IMG/VR virus record: IMGVR_UViG_3300027749_000034
From: a virus
Lineage: Duplodnaviria > Caudoviricetes
Reading direction: 5' to 3' (one strand)
Length of the DNA stretch: 64,000 nucleotides
The notes beneath the pieces were generated by a model. It worked only from the letters and a program-made list of their open reading frames with translations, was not told the DNA's origin and ran no database searches. Shown here piece by piece: positions 25,241 through 33,856 of the stretch. A program made the translations under genes and the position numbers. Each line of letters opens with the position of its first letter. Position 1 is the stretch's first letter.

Positions 25241-26216
25241 TTTACCGGAGCAAATAAATGGCGTGGTTACGACCTACACAAATATTGAGGCACATGCGAT
25301 TTTGGATGGTTATAACTTTGTGGTGCTTCATCCCGGGTGGTTCAGCTACATTGATTGCCCTGGCTACAACGAAGTCAAGATTGCCTATCCGCGCAATCTG
25401 GGCAAGAAGATTGAGGAGATCAATCCGGATTATATCCATATCGCCACAGAAGGTCCTCTTGGTCTGTGGGCTAGAGCATATCTTTCACTGGCTAATATTC
25501 GCCACAATACCGCTTATCACACTAAGTTTCCTGAAGGGCTCAGAAAGCTATTTGGAGTTCCTGAATGGATTACTTGGCGCTTTGTTAGATGGTTTCATAA
25601 ACATAGCGGCAAAGTTTTAACAACTACTGATTCAATGGTTGCTGAACTAAAAGCACACGGATTCGGTGGCGAAGTATTGCCCTGGACTCGCGGTGTTGAC
25701 CGTGCGATCTTTACTCCTGATCTGAGAGAAGACTTTCCTAGTAGATACTTGCTGTGCGTAAGTCGTGTCAGCAAGGAAAAGAATCTAGAAGCGTTTTTAG
25801 AATTAGACTATCCTGGTTATCAAAAAATCATGGTAGGAGATGGCCCCATGCTGGAAACATATCGCCGGCAATATCCAGAAGTTGTGTTCACAGGATTTAA
25901 GACAGGAGTTGATCTTGCTCGTTACTATGCCAATGCTGAAGTGTTTGTATTCCCCAGTAAATGGGAAACATTTGGACTGGTAATGATTGAAGCCATGGCC
26001 TGTGGCACTCCTGTAGCGGCGTATAACTGCCAAGGACCTGCTGATGTGATTGATCAAGGTGTTACCGGATTCATGGTTGAAGAAAGCGAAGGTCTGGCGG
26101 CGGCAGTTGACAAGTGTTTGAAAATTAACAGAGCCGATGTGCATAGAGTAAGTCAAAGATGGACATGGAAACGAGCCTGGGAAATATTCAGAGACAACCT
26201 GGTAGAGAAGGTTTAA
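25209..26216 (+). CDS. GT4 glycosyltransferase, Agt-like glycolipid synthase
   Basis: ITD...QINGVV, HIATEGPLG, ETFGLVMIE (Ex7E). Confidence 0.8.
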   Translation: MTKTILIITDNLPEQINGVVTTYTNIEAHAILDGYNFVVLHPGWFSYIDCPGYNEVKIAYPRNLGKKIEEINPDYIHIATEGPLGLWARAYLSLANIRHNTAYHTKFPEGLRKLFGVPEWITWRFVRWFHKHSGKVLTTTDSMVAELKAHGFGGEVLPWTRGVDRAIFTPDLREDFPSRYLLCVSRVSKEKNLEAFLELDYPGYQKIMVGDGPMLETYRRQYPEVVFTGFKTGVDLARYYANAEVFVFPSKWETFGLVMIEAMACGTPVAAYNCQGPADVIDQGVTGFMVEESEGLAAAVDKCLKINRADVHRVSQRWTWKRAWEIFRDNLVEKV

Positions 26217-27295
26217 TGAATTGGTCAGCAGTTAAACATCTGCATTTGGAAATCAGTTCGCAATGCAATGCGGCCTGCCCGTTGTGTGCTAGATATCCAA
26301 CTTCCAGCTTGTACGAACATCCTAGTATTAGTATGGATCAAGTTTGGACCATTGAACAGGTTAGAGCTCGATTACCAACAGCAGACCTGGTCAATATTGA
26401 AAAGTTTCTCATCAACGGCACCGTGGGCGATTTCATTACAAATCGAGATGCACTGGAAATTATACAGCACTTCAGTTCAGCAAGTCCAACAGCACAGATT
26501 GAAATCAACACCAATGGTTCAGCCAGGACTCCAGAGTTTTGGAAAAGTCTGGCCCTGATAAAAAATGTTAGAATATCATTTGCACTGGATGGTCTGGAAG
26601 ATACACATCACTTGTATAGACGACAGACCAATTGGAAGTTTATCATTGACAATGCCAAGACATTTATCAATGCCGGCGGAACAGCTGATTGGATCATGAC
26701 CAGGTTCGCCCACAACGATCATCAAGTTGATGAGTGTGCAAGCCTAGCAAAGCAACTGGGTTTTGCAAAATTCTATGCCAGACACAGTGATAGATATTTT
26801 GCTCCAGCCAGGGACAAGAATGGAAATACCACACATGAGTTGCTACCAGCACCAACTGCTCCATATACTTCAAGCACTAGAACTTTGGCCGAATTGCAAT
26901 CAAAAGAAGTAAGATATCGCAATGGAACATTTCGAGCTGTACAAATGCACAACAGTACGCCATTGCCCAGCTTGGACAATTGTGAAAGCCTGCGAACCAG
27001 GAGCATTTATGTTGGTGCAGATTGGTCTGTTGCGCCATGTTGTTTTATTGGAGTCCTATCTTTTACTCGAGAAACAGATCATCGCTATGCCAGTTTTGCA
27101 ACTGCACTAGCCGAAGCCGGACTGACTCTACAGGATTTGATTGCAAGCACAACAGTGAGTGCCATTGTAGATCGAGGGTTTGATTGGATTTACAATCGTA
27201 TTACCACAGACCGAGCATTAATGAGCTGTTTTCATTCCTGCCATCCAGACAAATCAAATTATAGAATAAGTCAAGCTACCAAATTGGCAAAATAA
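26216..27295 (+). CDS. radical SAM protein with C-terminal SPASM/twitch-like Cys
   Basis: CNAACPLC; C-terminal C...PCC...CFHSC. Confidence 0.88.
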   Translation: MNWSAVKHLHLEISSQCNAACPLCARYPTSSLYEHPSISMDQVWTIEQVRARLPTADLVNIEKFLINGTVGDFITNRDALEIIQHFSSASPTAQIEINTNGSARTPEFWKSLALIKNVRISFALDGLEDTHHLYRRQTNWKFIIDNAKTFINAGGTADWIMTRFAHNDHQVDECASLAKQLGFAKFYARHSDRYFAPARDKNGNTTHELLPAPTAPYTSSTRTLAELQSKEVRYRNGTFRAVQMHNSTPLPSLDNCESLRTRSIYVGADWSVAPCCFIGVLSFTRETDHRYASFATALAEAGLTLQDLIASTTVSAIVDRGFDWIYNRITTDRALMSCFHSCHPDKSNYRISQATKLAK

Positions 27296-27323
27296 AATAA
27301 ATAAAGTACAGGAGGACACTAAC

Positions 27324-27377
27324 ATGTACCTAACACAAGAAGAATGCCCAATCTGCGGCGGCAACCATAAGAAATAA
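27324..27377 (+). CDS. 17-aa CxxC micropeptide (MYLTQEECPICGGNHKK)
   Basis: Strong AGGAGG SD. Confidence 0.5.
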   Translation: MYLTQEECPICGGNHKK

Positions 27378-27386
27378 GGATTAAAA

Positions 27387-27971
27387 ATGGCACTTATTGA
27401 CAGCGTAATGAATTTAATCAATAAAACACCAAAGGACCCAGATGCACCAAAGCCTCCAGTTGGATCAAGATCAGAGCGCGAAGCAAAAATCAAAGACAAA
27501 GCTGGTATGGTTATCAATGTATTTGCATTGTTACTTGCAGTCAATGCATGGTACGGCGGCACCCTTGGTTCAACAGTACTAAACAATACAATTAAAGCAA
27601 ATGACACTTGGGCTTTTTATCAAGCCAAGTCCATGAAACAAACCATGGCTGAATATGCTCGTGATGATGCACTACGAGCAAAGGATGTTAAACGGGCAGA
27701 CGAGCTGAAGGCTAGAATTGATCGTTATGAAAACGAACCCAAAGATGGCAAGCGAGATTTAATGATCAAAGCAAAGGCACTTGAAGCAGAACGAGATGAG
27801 GCCAAAAAGCGTAGTCCGTGGATTGGCTATGCAAGTACTGCATACCAATTATCAATTGTTGTACTGTCAGCAAGTATATTGGCAGTCAGCATTCCGTTGT
27901 TCTGGAGCAGTTTTATTGTTGCAGGCATTGGCATGTTATTGAGTAGTCAGGGCGTTTTACTCTGGTTCTAA
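27387..27971 (+). CDS. DUF4337-like membrane protein
   Basis: ANDTWAFYQAKSMK motif, TM segments. Confidence 0.7.
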   Translation: MALIDSVMNLINKTPKDPDAPKPPVGSRSEREAKIKDKAGMVINVFALLLAVNAWYGGTLGSTVLNNTIKANDTWAFYQAKSMKQTMAEYARDDALRAKDVKRADELKARIDRYENEPKDGKRDLMIKAKALEAERDEAKKRSPWIGYASTAYQLSIVVLSASILAVSIPLFWSSFIVAGIGMLLSSQGVLLWF

Positions 27972-27976
27972 ACCAC

Positions 27977-27994
27977 TGTAGTAAAATTGCAACA
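27977..27994. repeat. degenerate copy of the 18-bp palindrome
   Basis: TGTAGTA-AAAT-TGCAACA. Confidence 0.55.
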
Positions 27995-28017
27995 AAAGGA
28001 CCTTAGGGTCCTTTTTT
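27994..28017. terminator. intrinsic terminator
   Basis: AAAAGGACC-TTAG-GGTCCTTTTTT. Confidence 0.8.
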
Positions 28018-28018
28018 C

Positions 28019-28048
28019 TTGACAAGATGATCAGACCTATGTTATACT
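28019..28048 (+). promoter_or_regulatory. sigma70 promoter
   Basis: TTGACA-N18-TATACT. Confidence 0.7.
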
Positions 28049-28079
28049 AGGAACTTGTTAAACTTTACTCGAGGTAAAG

Positions 28080-28616
28080 ATGAATAAGTGGCTCACCGTA
28101 TTAGGAATTTCAGCTCTGTTACTCTTTATGGTTCGTATAGAATCACGATTGGACATTATTCAAAGTGAAGTTGAGGACCTAAATCGAATCGTAAAAACCT
28201 CAACCACAGTCAAGTACACCCCTAAAGATCTTGAATGCCTGGCCCGCAACATCTATTATGAGGCCGGAGTAGAGGACCAAGTTGGCAAGTATGCAGTGGG
28301 CCATGTCACACTGAACCGGCTCAGCACAGGCTACTGGGGCAAAGATATTTGTTCTGTTGTTTATGCCCGGGGGCAATTTTCTTGGACCTTAAAAAAGAAA
28401 CTACCCAAACCCAATCCAGCACTATATGCTGAAGCGGAAAGCGTTGCATGGGATGTCATACATGGCTATAAAGTTGCCAGTCTTGACAAGAGTTTATTTT
28501 ACCATGCTGACTATATTAAAGATCCGCATTGGGCAGTACAAGAGCACAAAGTGACACAAATTGGGCGTCATATTTTCTACACCAAAGCGCGAAACAGCTG
28601 GCTAGCTATGTTGTAA
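28080..28616 (+). CDS. cell wall hydrolase, SleB/Hydrolase_2 family
   Basis: CLARNIYYEA, VTLNR, GQFSW, FYHADY. Confidence 0.9.
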   Translation: MNKWLTVLGISALLLFMVRIESRLDIIQSEVEDLNRIVKTSTTVKYTPKDLECLARNIYYEAGVEDQVGKYAVGHVTLNRLSTGYWGKDICSVVYARGQFSWTLKKKLPKPNPALYAEAESVAWDVIHGYKVASLDKSLFYHADYIKDPHWAVQEHKVTQIGRHIFYTKARNSWLAML

Positions 28617-28660
28617 AAATGCAACAAAAGTACTAGTTTTTGTGTTGCAAAAATACAACA
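28609..28660. repeat. two tandem copies of the 18-bp palindrome
   Basis: TGTTGTAAAAATGCAACA (28609) and TGTTGCAAAAATACAACA (28643). Confidence 0.85.
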
Positions 28661-28669
28661 AAAAAACGG

Positions 28670-28698
28670 TTGACCACAGGCCCAATCCACAGTATAAT
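28670..28698 (+). promoter_or_regulatory. sigma70 promoter
   Basis: CGG-TTGACC-N17-TATAAT. Confidence 0.85.
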
Positions 28699-28727
28699 AA
28701 ACACTTAAACAGCAAAAAGGAACCGCA

Positions 28728-28985
28728 ATGAAAGCACTTCAAACTTACATCGACAAGAAGAATCAGTGGAACGCTATCTTCAAAGGTCGTCAATTTGAAA
28801 TCCAAACTGCCAAGGGTCGTCAAGAAGTTGCTGACTGTTTGGATGCAGATCTTAGCCCAGAGAATTTAACTTGCGATGGTGAATTGCCTCGTAGCCAAGT
28901 ACAGGCCAAGTATCGTGCATTGACTGCCGCGGCCCGTGACTTGCAGAAGCTGGACTCCTCAGTTAAATTTTACGAATTTGCCTAA
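28728..28985 (+). CDS. hypothetical early protein
   Basis: AAGGA SD. Confidence 0.75.
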   Translation: MKALQTYIDKKNQWNAIFKGRQFEIQTAKGRQEVADCLDADLSPENLTCDGELPRSQVQAKYRALTAAARDLQKLDSSVKFYEFA

Positions 28986-29215
28986 TGAAGTTTAACTTTG
29001 ACGAAGTGCTACAGTGGGCCGGAGCAGTATTAATTATTGCTGGCCACACATTGAATGCCATTGGCCCTTCCATGTATCCTTACAATATTGTGGTCTTTGC
29101 AGTAGGTACAGTGGCATTTTTAGCCTGGGCCATTCGTGCAGGAAATCGGCCGCAAATGGCAGTCAATTTAGTGTCAATAGCCATTGGGATTGTAGGGTTA
29201 CTAAAGTTGTTGTAA
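28985..29215 (+). CDS. small membrane protein
   Basis: Three short hydrophobic segments. Confidence 0.65.
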   Translation: MKFNFDEVLQWAGAVLIIAGHTLNAIGPSMYPYNIVVFAVGTVAFLAWAIRAGNRPQMAVNLVSIAIGIVGLLKLL

Positions 29216-29225
29216 AAATACAACA
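29208..29225. repeat. 18-bp palindrome
   Basis: TGTTGTAAAAATACAACA overlapping a stop codon. Confidence 0.85.
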
Positions 29226-29245
29226 AAAATAGACTCAGAAAACGG

Positions 29246-29274
29246 TTGACAGTTGGGCCTAGATCGCTTATACT
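29246..29274 (+). promoter_or_regulatory. sigma70 promoter
   Basis: CGG-TTGACA-N17-TATACT. Confidence 0.85.
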
Positions 29275-29304
29275 ATGAACATAGTAAGGAACAAGGAGAG
29301 CAAG

Positions 29305-29685
29305 ATGGAAGACTTTAAAAGCTGGGAAGAGATGAGCGATTTGGAGCAAGCCCAATGCACATTTTGGGACATGTACAAGGATGCTTATGGTGTCCGCCCC
29401 CGTGGCATTGACACCAGCACTTGGACGCTGGAGCAGTTCCAGGAGGAGTTTGTGATTCTGGGTCAAGCAATTGACCGTGAAGAAATCGCCCGCAAGGCCT
29501 CCGAAGCCGAAGCTGTCATTAAGTTTGAACAGCATGTGACCAACACCATCTGTATGGGTGCAGGTACCCGCGAAGTTGCACTTCGTTGGATCATGGAAGC
29601 CAGCAATGCCAATGGCGACTGGGAATACTTGTGCTACGATTTGGGCTTGCCCTACCATTACTTTCGAGTCAAGGAGACTGTATGA
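29305..29685 (+). CDS. hypothetical early protein
   Basis: AAGGAG SD; DMYKDAYGVRPRG. Confidence 0.75.
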   Translation: MEDFKSWEEMSDLEQAQCTFWDMYKDAYGVRPRGIDTSTWTLEQFQEEFVILGQAIDREEIARKASEAEAVIKFEQHVTNTICMGAGTREVALRWIMEASNANGDWEYLCYDLGLPYHYFRVKETV

Positions 29686-29900
29686 TGAAGTTTGATACCA
29701 TTTATGATCGCAAGCATGGCAGTCTCTATGACAGAGGTGCCGCAGACAGTTACTATGGTCGCCCAAGAGATCCACATTGGTACCCTAATGGTACCTATAA
29801 TGAGCCTCGCGTTCAGGCCGTGGATCAGCTAGACATCCGTGAGTACAATGAAGGCTATGACTATAACGAAAAGTATGGCGACAAGAAAAACTGGAACTAA
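29682..29900 (+). CDS. hypothetical protein
   Basis: HGSLYDRGAADSYYGRP; ATGA overlap. Confidence 0.7.
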   Translation: MMKFDTIYDRKHGSLYDRGAADSYYGRPRDPHWYPNGTYNEPRVQAVDQLDIREYNEGYDYNEKYGDKKNWN

Positions 29901-29910
29901 GGAAAAGAAT

Positions 29911-30021
29911 ATGTGGAATCAACTTGATCGTGAACAAAAGATTAATGAAATAATTACCTGCGTGGCCTTTGTGGCCTTTGTTGTGCTACTATGTTTCATG
30001 CCTGACTTGACAAGAGGTTAA
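29911..30021 (+). CDS. 36-aa membrane peptide
   Basis: AAGGA SD. Confidence 0.55.
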   Translation: MWNQLDREQKINEIITCVAFVAFVVLLCFMPDLTRG

Positions 30022-30022
30022 T

Positions 30023-30355
30023 ATGAACACCAGAGAACTTGACACACAGGCCGCACCAAACAAATGGTGGGCCGCTCAAGATGCTCGTATGCGTAATTTT
30101 GCAATGAGCACAAAATACACCGACGCACAAAAGGTCCAGGCCGAGCGTATGCGACTGGGACTTGGTATGGTGTACTCCACTGCCAAAGAGATCCACATCA
30201 ATTTTCGCAAGCGGTTCATTGCTATCAAAATTGAACAGCCCACAGTTCGTGATCGCAAGAACTTGGCTCTGCTGGAAGCAGACTACACCCGTGCAGGCAT
30301 TGTGAAGAAAGTTACCGCGCAGGGCATCATTTACGAAATTCCAAACAAAGGTTGA
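30023..30355 (+). CDS. hypothetical protein
   Basis: ORF, GAGG SD. Confidence 0.7.
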   Translation: MNTRELDTQAAPNKWWAAQDARMRNFAMSTKYTDAQKVQAERMRLGLGMVYSTAKEIHINFRKRFIAIKIEQPTVRDRKNLALLEADYTRAGIVKKVTAQGIIYEIPNKG

Positions 30356-30356
30356 T

Positions 30357-30950
30357 ATGAAAAGCCATTATTTTCTATTACCATTGGCTTTTACATTTAA
30401 TGTCCAAGCGGCCAATTTAAAGCCGATTGAGGATTTTGTTAACAGTTTCTACGACTGCGGCAAGATTACAAATACAATGACAACACAATGGACTGAACAT
30501 CAGACTGGTACAATTGTTAAATGCTCTAATACAAAACGCTATTTAATTCTTAAAGCTGGGCCTAATAGGCATTCGGTTAGACCGATATTATCGGACCCAT
30601 TTGACCCCAATGAGCAAGCAGAATACAAAAGAAGAGAAGAGCAGATGCTGAGAATCACAGATTCTCAGGGTGCGTTACCCTCAGCGACTAATGTTAACAG
30701 TCGGGCTTCTACAGACTGTGAAAAACCCGAATATCCAGAAAAAGCCAGACGCTTAAACCAAGAAGGTACTGTTCAGCTTAAATTGCTAATAGATGCCAAT
30801 GGCAAGGTTAATAAGGCACTCATTGAAAATTCGTCTGGATTTCCATTATTAGACGAGGCATCATTGACTAATTTATCTAAATGTCAATTTAAAGCCGGTA
30901 GGTACGCTACCGGCTGGGCTAGCATTCAATATAACTGGAAACTTAATTAA
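30357..30950 (+). CDS. secreted protein with TonB C-terminal domain
   Basis: Signal peptide (VQA|A); PEYPEKARRLNQEGTVQLKLLIDANGKV...SSGFPLLDEA. Confidence 0.8.
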   Translation: MKSHYFLLPLAFTFNVQAANLKPIEDFVNSFYDCGKITNTMTTQWTEHQTGTIVKCSNTKRYLILKAGPNRHSVRPILSDPFDPNEQAEYKRREEQMLRITDSQGALPSATNVNSRASTDCEKPEYPEKARRLNQEGTVQLKLLIDANGKVNKALIENSSGFPLLDEASLTNLSKCQFKAGRYATGWASIQYNWKLN

Positions 30951-30952
30951 TC

Positions 30953-31120
30953 ATGAAATCATTTTGGCTACTATTCCTAACAGGATTAATGCTGGTAGTA
31001 TTTGCAATATTCGGTATTGAACAACGAGTTGCAGGCAATTTGATTGATCAGATGTTGGTCATGCTGTTGGGGTTTGGTCTAATGTATTGCAGTTCATTAA
31101 TGTTGAAGGGTAGGAAATAA
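30953..31120 (+). CDS. 55-aa two-TM protein
   Basis: Hydrophobic ORF filling the gap. Confidence 0.6.
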   Translation: MKSFWLLFLTGLMLVVFAIFGIEQRVAGNLIDQMLVMLLGFGLMYCSSLMLKGRK

Positions 31121-31121
31121 A

Positions 31122-31607
31122 ATGAAATACATTAAATGGTCTCTAATTTGTGTAGTATCATTGGTTGTATTATGTTTAACAGTTTTTTATCTGACGACTT
31201 CTACAGAAGAAAAACTATATGTGTGTACAGGAACTGAAGTAAGATTCTACCCTTATTCAACTTCCATGTCAATGAAAGAAGATAAAGAGACTATTGCATT
31301 TACATATAAAATTACCAAGTCATTGATTGGCGAAAGTAGTGTAATTAATTTTGATGGTTGGGGTTTTTATGGATTCAGGAAAAATGATGGTAACCATGGG
31401 CCAGAGGCAAAAGACATAGTATGGGCCAATGATTCTATTATAGGTGCGTCTAAATTCATAGCATTCAGGGAAAATGTTTCGTTTAACTTTGACAGGATTA
31501 CAAAAAATATTAACTTCCAACACAATGTCCCAGCCCCAAATAACCCAGGCTATGAGACATTTGAAAGGACATTTAACGGTTCTTGTGTTTTAACAACCAA
31601 AGGATAA
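31122..31607 (+). CDS. membrane-anchored exported protein
   Basis: N-terminal TM. Confidence 0.7.
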   Translation: MKYIKWSLICVVSLVVLCLTVFYLTTSTEEKLYVCTGTEVRFYPYSTSMSMKEDKETIAFTYKITKSLIGESSVINFDGWGFYGFRKNDGNHGPEAKDIVWANDSIIGASKFIAFRENVSFNFDRITKNINFQHNVPAPNNPGYETFERTFNGSCVLTTKG

Positions 31608-31611
31608 TAAA

Positions 31612-31980
31612 ATGAAAAACTTTTTAATTGTAGTTGCTATGGCGGCTGTATTGTACTCTTGTGGTAAATCTGAAAAAGTTGCAAGCGACGAATCTGGATG
31701 TAGTTATTATGCATCTAAATTTAGTTGCGAGTATGTTATTAACAAGGCAAGTTATGATGTATACTACTGGAGATATTTAAACAGTGACAATTCTGAAAGA
31801 TATGTTGATACTGTTACAGGGTTGATTAACTGTCATGATGCCGCAATAAGTGCCCATAACGAAGCTAATCATCGGATGAATCAAGACCTTGAATGGTCCG
31901 ATCGTATGTATATTTGTATGCTGAAGAAGGATGGCAGAAACTTGGAAAAGCATCGTTATATTGGATGGCCTAGCAAATAA
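31612..31980 (+). CDS. lipoprotein
   Basis: MKNFLIVVAMAAVLYS-C lipobox. Confidence 0.7.
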   Translation: MKNFLIVVAMAAVLYSCGKSEKVASDESGCSYYASKFSCEYVINKASYDVYYWRYLNSDNSERYVDTVTGLINCHDAAISAHNEANHRMNQDLEWSDRMYICMLKKDGRNLEKHRYIGWPSK

Positions 31981-31983
31981 AAC

Positions 31984-32001
31984 TGTTGTAAAAATACAAC
32001 A
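31984..32001. repeat. 18-bp palindrome
   Basis: TGTTGTAAAAATACAACA. Confidence 0.85.
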
Positions 32002-32031
32002 AAAATAGGCTCAAAATAGTTGAAAAAACGG

Positions 32032-32060
32032 TTGACCAAACAGGCAGAATCCGGTATAAT
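32032..32060 (+). promoter_or_regulatory. sigma70 promoter
   Basis: CGG-TTGACC-N17-TATAAT. Confidence 0.85.
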
Positions 32061-32093
32061 ACATACATAGACAGCAACAAACAGGAGTTTTAA

Positions 32094-32468
32094 ATGGCAT
32101 ACATTGGCGCAAACGAAGTTAAAGCAATCCGCGATGAACTTAAAGCACAATTTCCAAAATTCAAATTTGGTGTTCGCAAAGGCTCTGGCAGTTTGTCAGT
32201 TGATGTTACCATTAAAGCTGGTCCTGCAGACTTCAGTGATGTGTTGCAAAATCACGGTCAGATCAATCACTACCATTTGGGCAATTACGGCGAACACAAA
32301 TCTTTCTTTGAACAGATCATTCGCATTATCAAAATTGCACCCAGCACCATACCTGGTGGACGTCGTTGGTTCGACGAGTCAGACGCACAGACTGATTACT
32401 TTCACACCGCTTACTACATGCACCTTCAAGTTGGTGCATGGGACAAGCCTTACATCCAGACCAAATAA
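32094..32468 (+). CDS. hypothetical protein, LPD29-like N-terminus
   Basis: VKAIRDELKAQFPKFKFGVRK...GP. Confidence 0.55.
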   Translation: MAYIGANEVKAIRDELKAQFPKFKFGVRKGSGSLSVDVTIKAGPADFSDVLQNHGQINHYHLGNYGEHKSFFEQIIRIIKIAPSTIPGGRRWFDESDAQTDYFHTAYYMHLQVGAWDKPYIQTK

Positions 32469-32794
32469 TGCAAGCCTTTAAAGAAACCACTGGCGGGCTA
32501 TTTCCGGCTCACATCTACTTGTTGGACAGCAACAACTTGGTTGCCTATATCAAGACAGGTGATACAGTTCCATTTTACTTTAAGAATCCCATCAAAGGAT
32601 TTGACAAGCGTGGTCGTAAGTTTGTAGAAATTAAGCCCAACCCATTCAATGCTGAAGTTACCTCAACCACCATAAAGGTGCAGGGCAGTAAGGGTGCAGT
32701 TTACGAAGTAGATCCTGAGGCAAACACTTGCACCTGCCCTGGATTCACATTCCGTGGTGCTTGCAAACATGTTAAAGAACTGGAAACAGCATAA
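32468..32794 (+). CDS. SWIM zinc-finger protein
   Basis: CTCPGFTFRGACKH. Confidence 0.8.
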   Translation: MQAFKETTGGLFPAHIYLLDSNNLVAYIKTGDTVPFYFKNPIKGFDKRGRKFVEIKPNPFNAEVTSTTIKVQGSKGAVYEVDPEANTCTCPGFTFRGACKHVKELETA

Positions 32795-32797
32795 TGA

Positions 32798-32826
32798 TTG
32801 ACAAAATTAAAATTTGGTTGTACAAT
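32798..32826 (+). promoter_or_regulatory. sigma70 promoter
   Basis: TTGACA-N17-TACAAT. Confidence 0.8.
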
Positions 32827-32909
32827 AACAGCATATGGTTATGGATGGATACAATTTTTTGGGCGGCACTTGTTGCAGTTGGAATTTTCTTTTTGGTTAA
32901 AAACAACTG

Positions 32910-33113
32910 ATGTCTTATCAACTGGAATTCCCAGCATTGTATGCCGTGACCAAAATGAATCAACAGTTGATTCGTTTGGTAGGATCTAATTTAACACATT
33001 ATTCAGTAGATGTAAGGATTGATTATGAGCGGTGGATATGCTTCGAAACGGAGTATGGCGAGTGGTCGAGGGTTAGTTCAAACAACTTCAAACAAGATCA
33101 GGAAGCCAACTAA
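32910..33113 (+). CDS. hypothetical protein
   Basis: ORF. Confidence 0.55.
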   Translation: MSYQLEFPALYAVTKMNQQLIRLVGSNLTHYSVDVRIDYERWICFETEYGEWSRVSSNNFKQDQEAN

Positions 33114-33114
33114 A

Positions 33115-33387
33115 ATGCGAATTTCATTTAGACAAAGATTTAGAAACTGGCTGTTTGAAGAAAACGACAGCCCTGACATGGTGGTAGACGATGCACCTAA
33201 TTTTGTGCAGGATGAAAATGCCATTCGCTTTGAAGTGGTCAATGCCGCAGGCGGTCGTATTGTGCAAGTTCGTCATTATGATCGCATCAAAGATCGTAAT
33301 TTTACTTCGTTGCATATCATCACACCAGACGAAGACTTGCCAACTGCACTTGCACATATTTTAGCTCTAACCACCTTGGGAAAATAA
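33115..33387 (+). CDS. hypothetical protein
   Basis: ORF from ATG 33115. Confidence 0.7.
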   Translation: MRISFRQRFRNWLFEENDSPDMVVDDAPNFVQDENAIRFEVVNAAGGRIVQVRHYDRIKDRNFTSLHIITPDEDLPTALAHILALTTLGK

Positions 33388-33388
33388 A

Positions 33389-33550
33389 ATGCTGTCATTG
33401 CGTGAACTCATGTCAGAATATATTCTTTTTGCATTTGAAGAAGAAGAACTAATGCAAAAATTTCATGTCAATGAACAGGACCTGGCCAGCATCAGCGATG
33501 TAGACCTGCTTGAAATTTATGATCAAACATTACTGACACCGGTGCAATAA
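33389..33550 (+). CDS. 53-aa acidic hypothetical protein
   Basis: Fills the gap; TAATG overlap downstream. Confidence 0.55.
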   Translation: MLSLRELMSEYILFAFEEEELMQKFHVNEQDLASISDVDLLEIYDQTLLTPVQ

Positions 33551-33822
33551 TGATTTCACTGTACCATTTCAAAGAAGGCACCTCAGATAAGATCTGGGGC
33601 TGGACCAAGACTGATGATGGTGCCATAAGTTTTTGGGGCAGAAGCCGCGGTACCTTGGCATTCAAAGTATACCATTCGGTTTATGAAGTTACCAAAGTCG
33701 AGCGGTCCAAGCGTGACAAGGGGTATCGATACATTGGTGATGGATCTACAGTAGCAGTACTGCCAGATGACTTTCAGGGCCAGTTACTTTTGGCCAAGCT
33801 GGGTCAGGTTAAATTTGCATAA
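33550..33822 (+). CDS. WGR-like domain protein
   Basis: EGTSDKIW...FWGR. Confidence 0.55.
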   Translation: MISLYHFKEGTSDKIWGWTKTDDGAISFWGRSRGTLAFKVYHSVYEVTKVERSKRDKGYRYIGDGSTVAVLPDDFQGQLLLAKLGQVKFA

Positions 33823-33827
33823 AATGG

Positions 33828-33856
33828 TTGACTTCCAAAGCCATTTCGTGCATAAT
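33828..33856 (+). promoter_or_regulatory. sigma70 promoter
   Basis: TTGACT-N17-CATAAT. Confidence 0.7.

Noticed and set aside
29080-29775. 231-aa minus-strand ORF (likewise 35260-35910, 40921-41457, 59238-59798 and other antisense ORFs)
   Set aside because: Antisense shadows of well-supported plus-strand genes, with no motifs, SD or late box
6154-32001. TGTTGTAAAAATACAACA repeats as a CRISPR or mini-array
   Set aside because: Copies are 18 bp, dispersed over 26 kb, lack regular spacers and are tied to promoters; no cas genes
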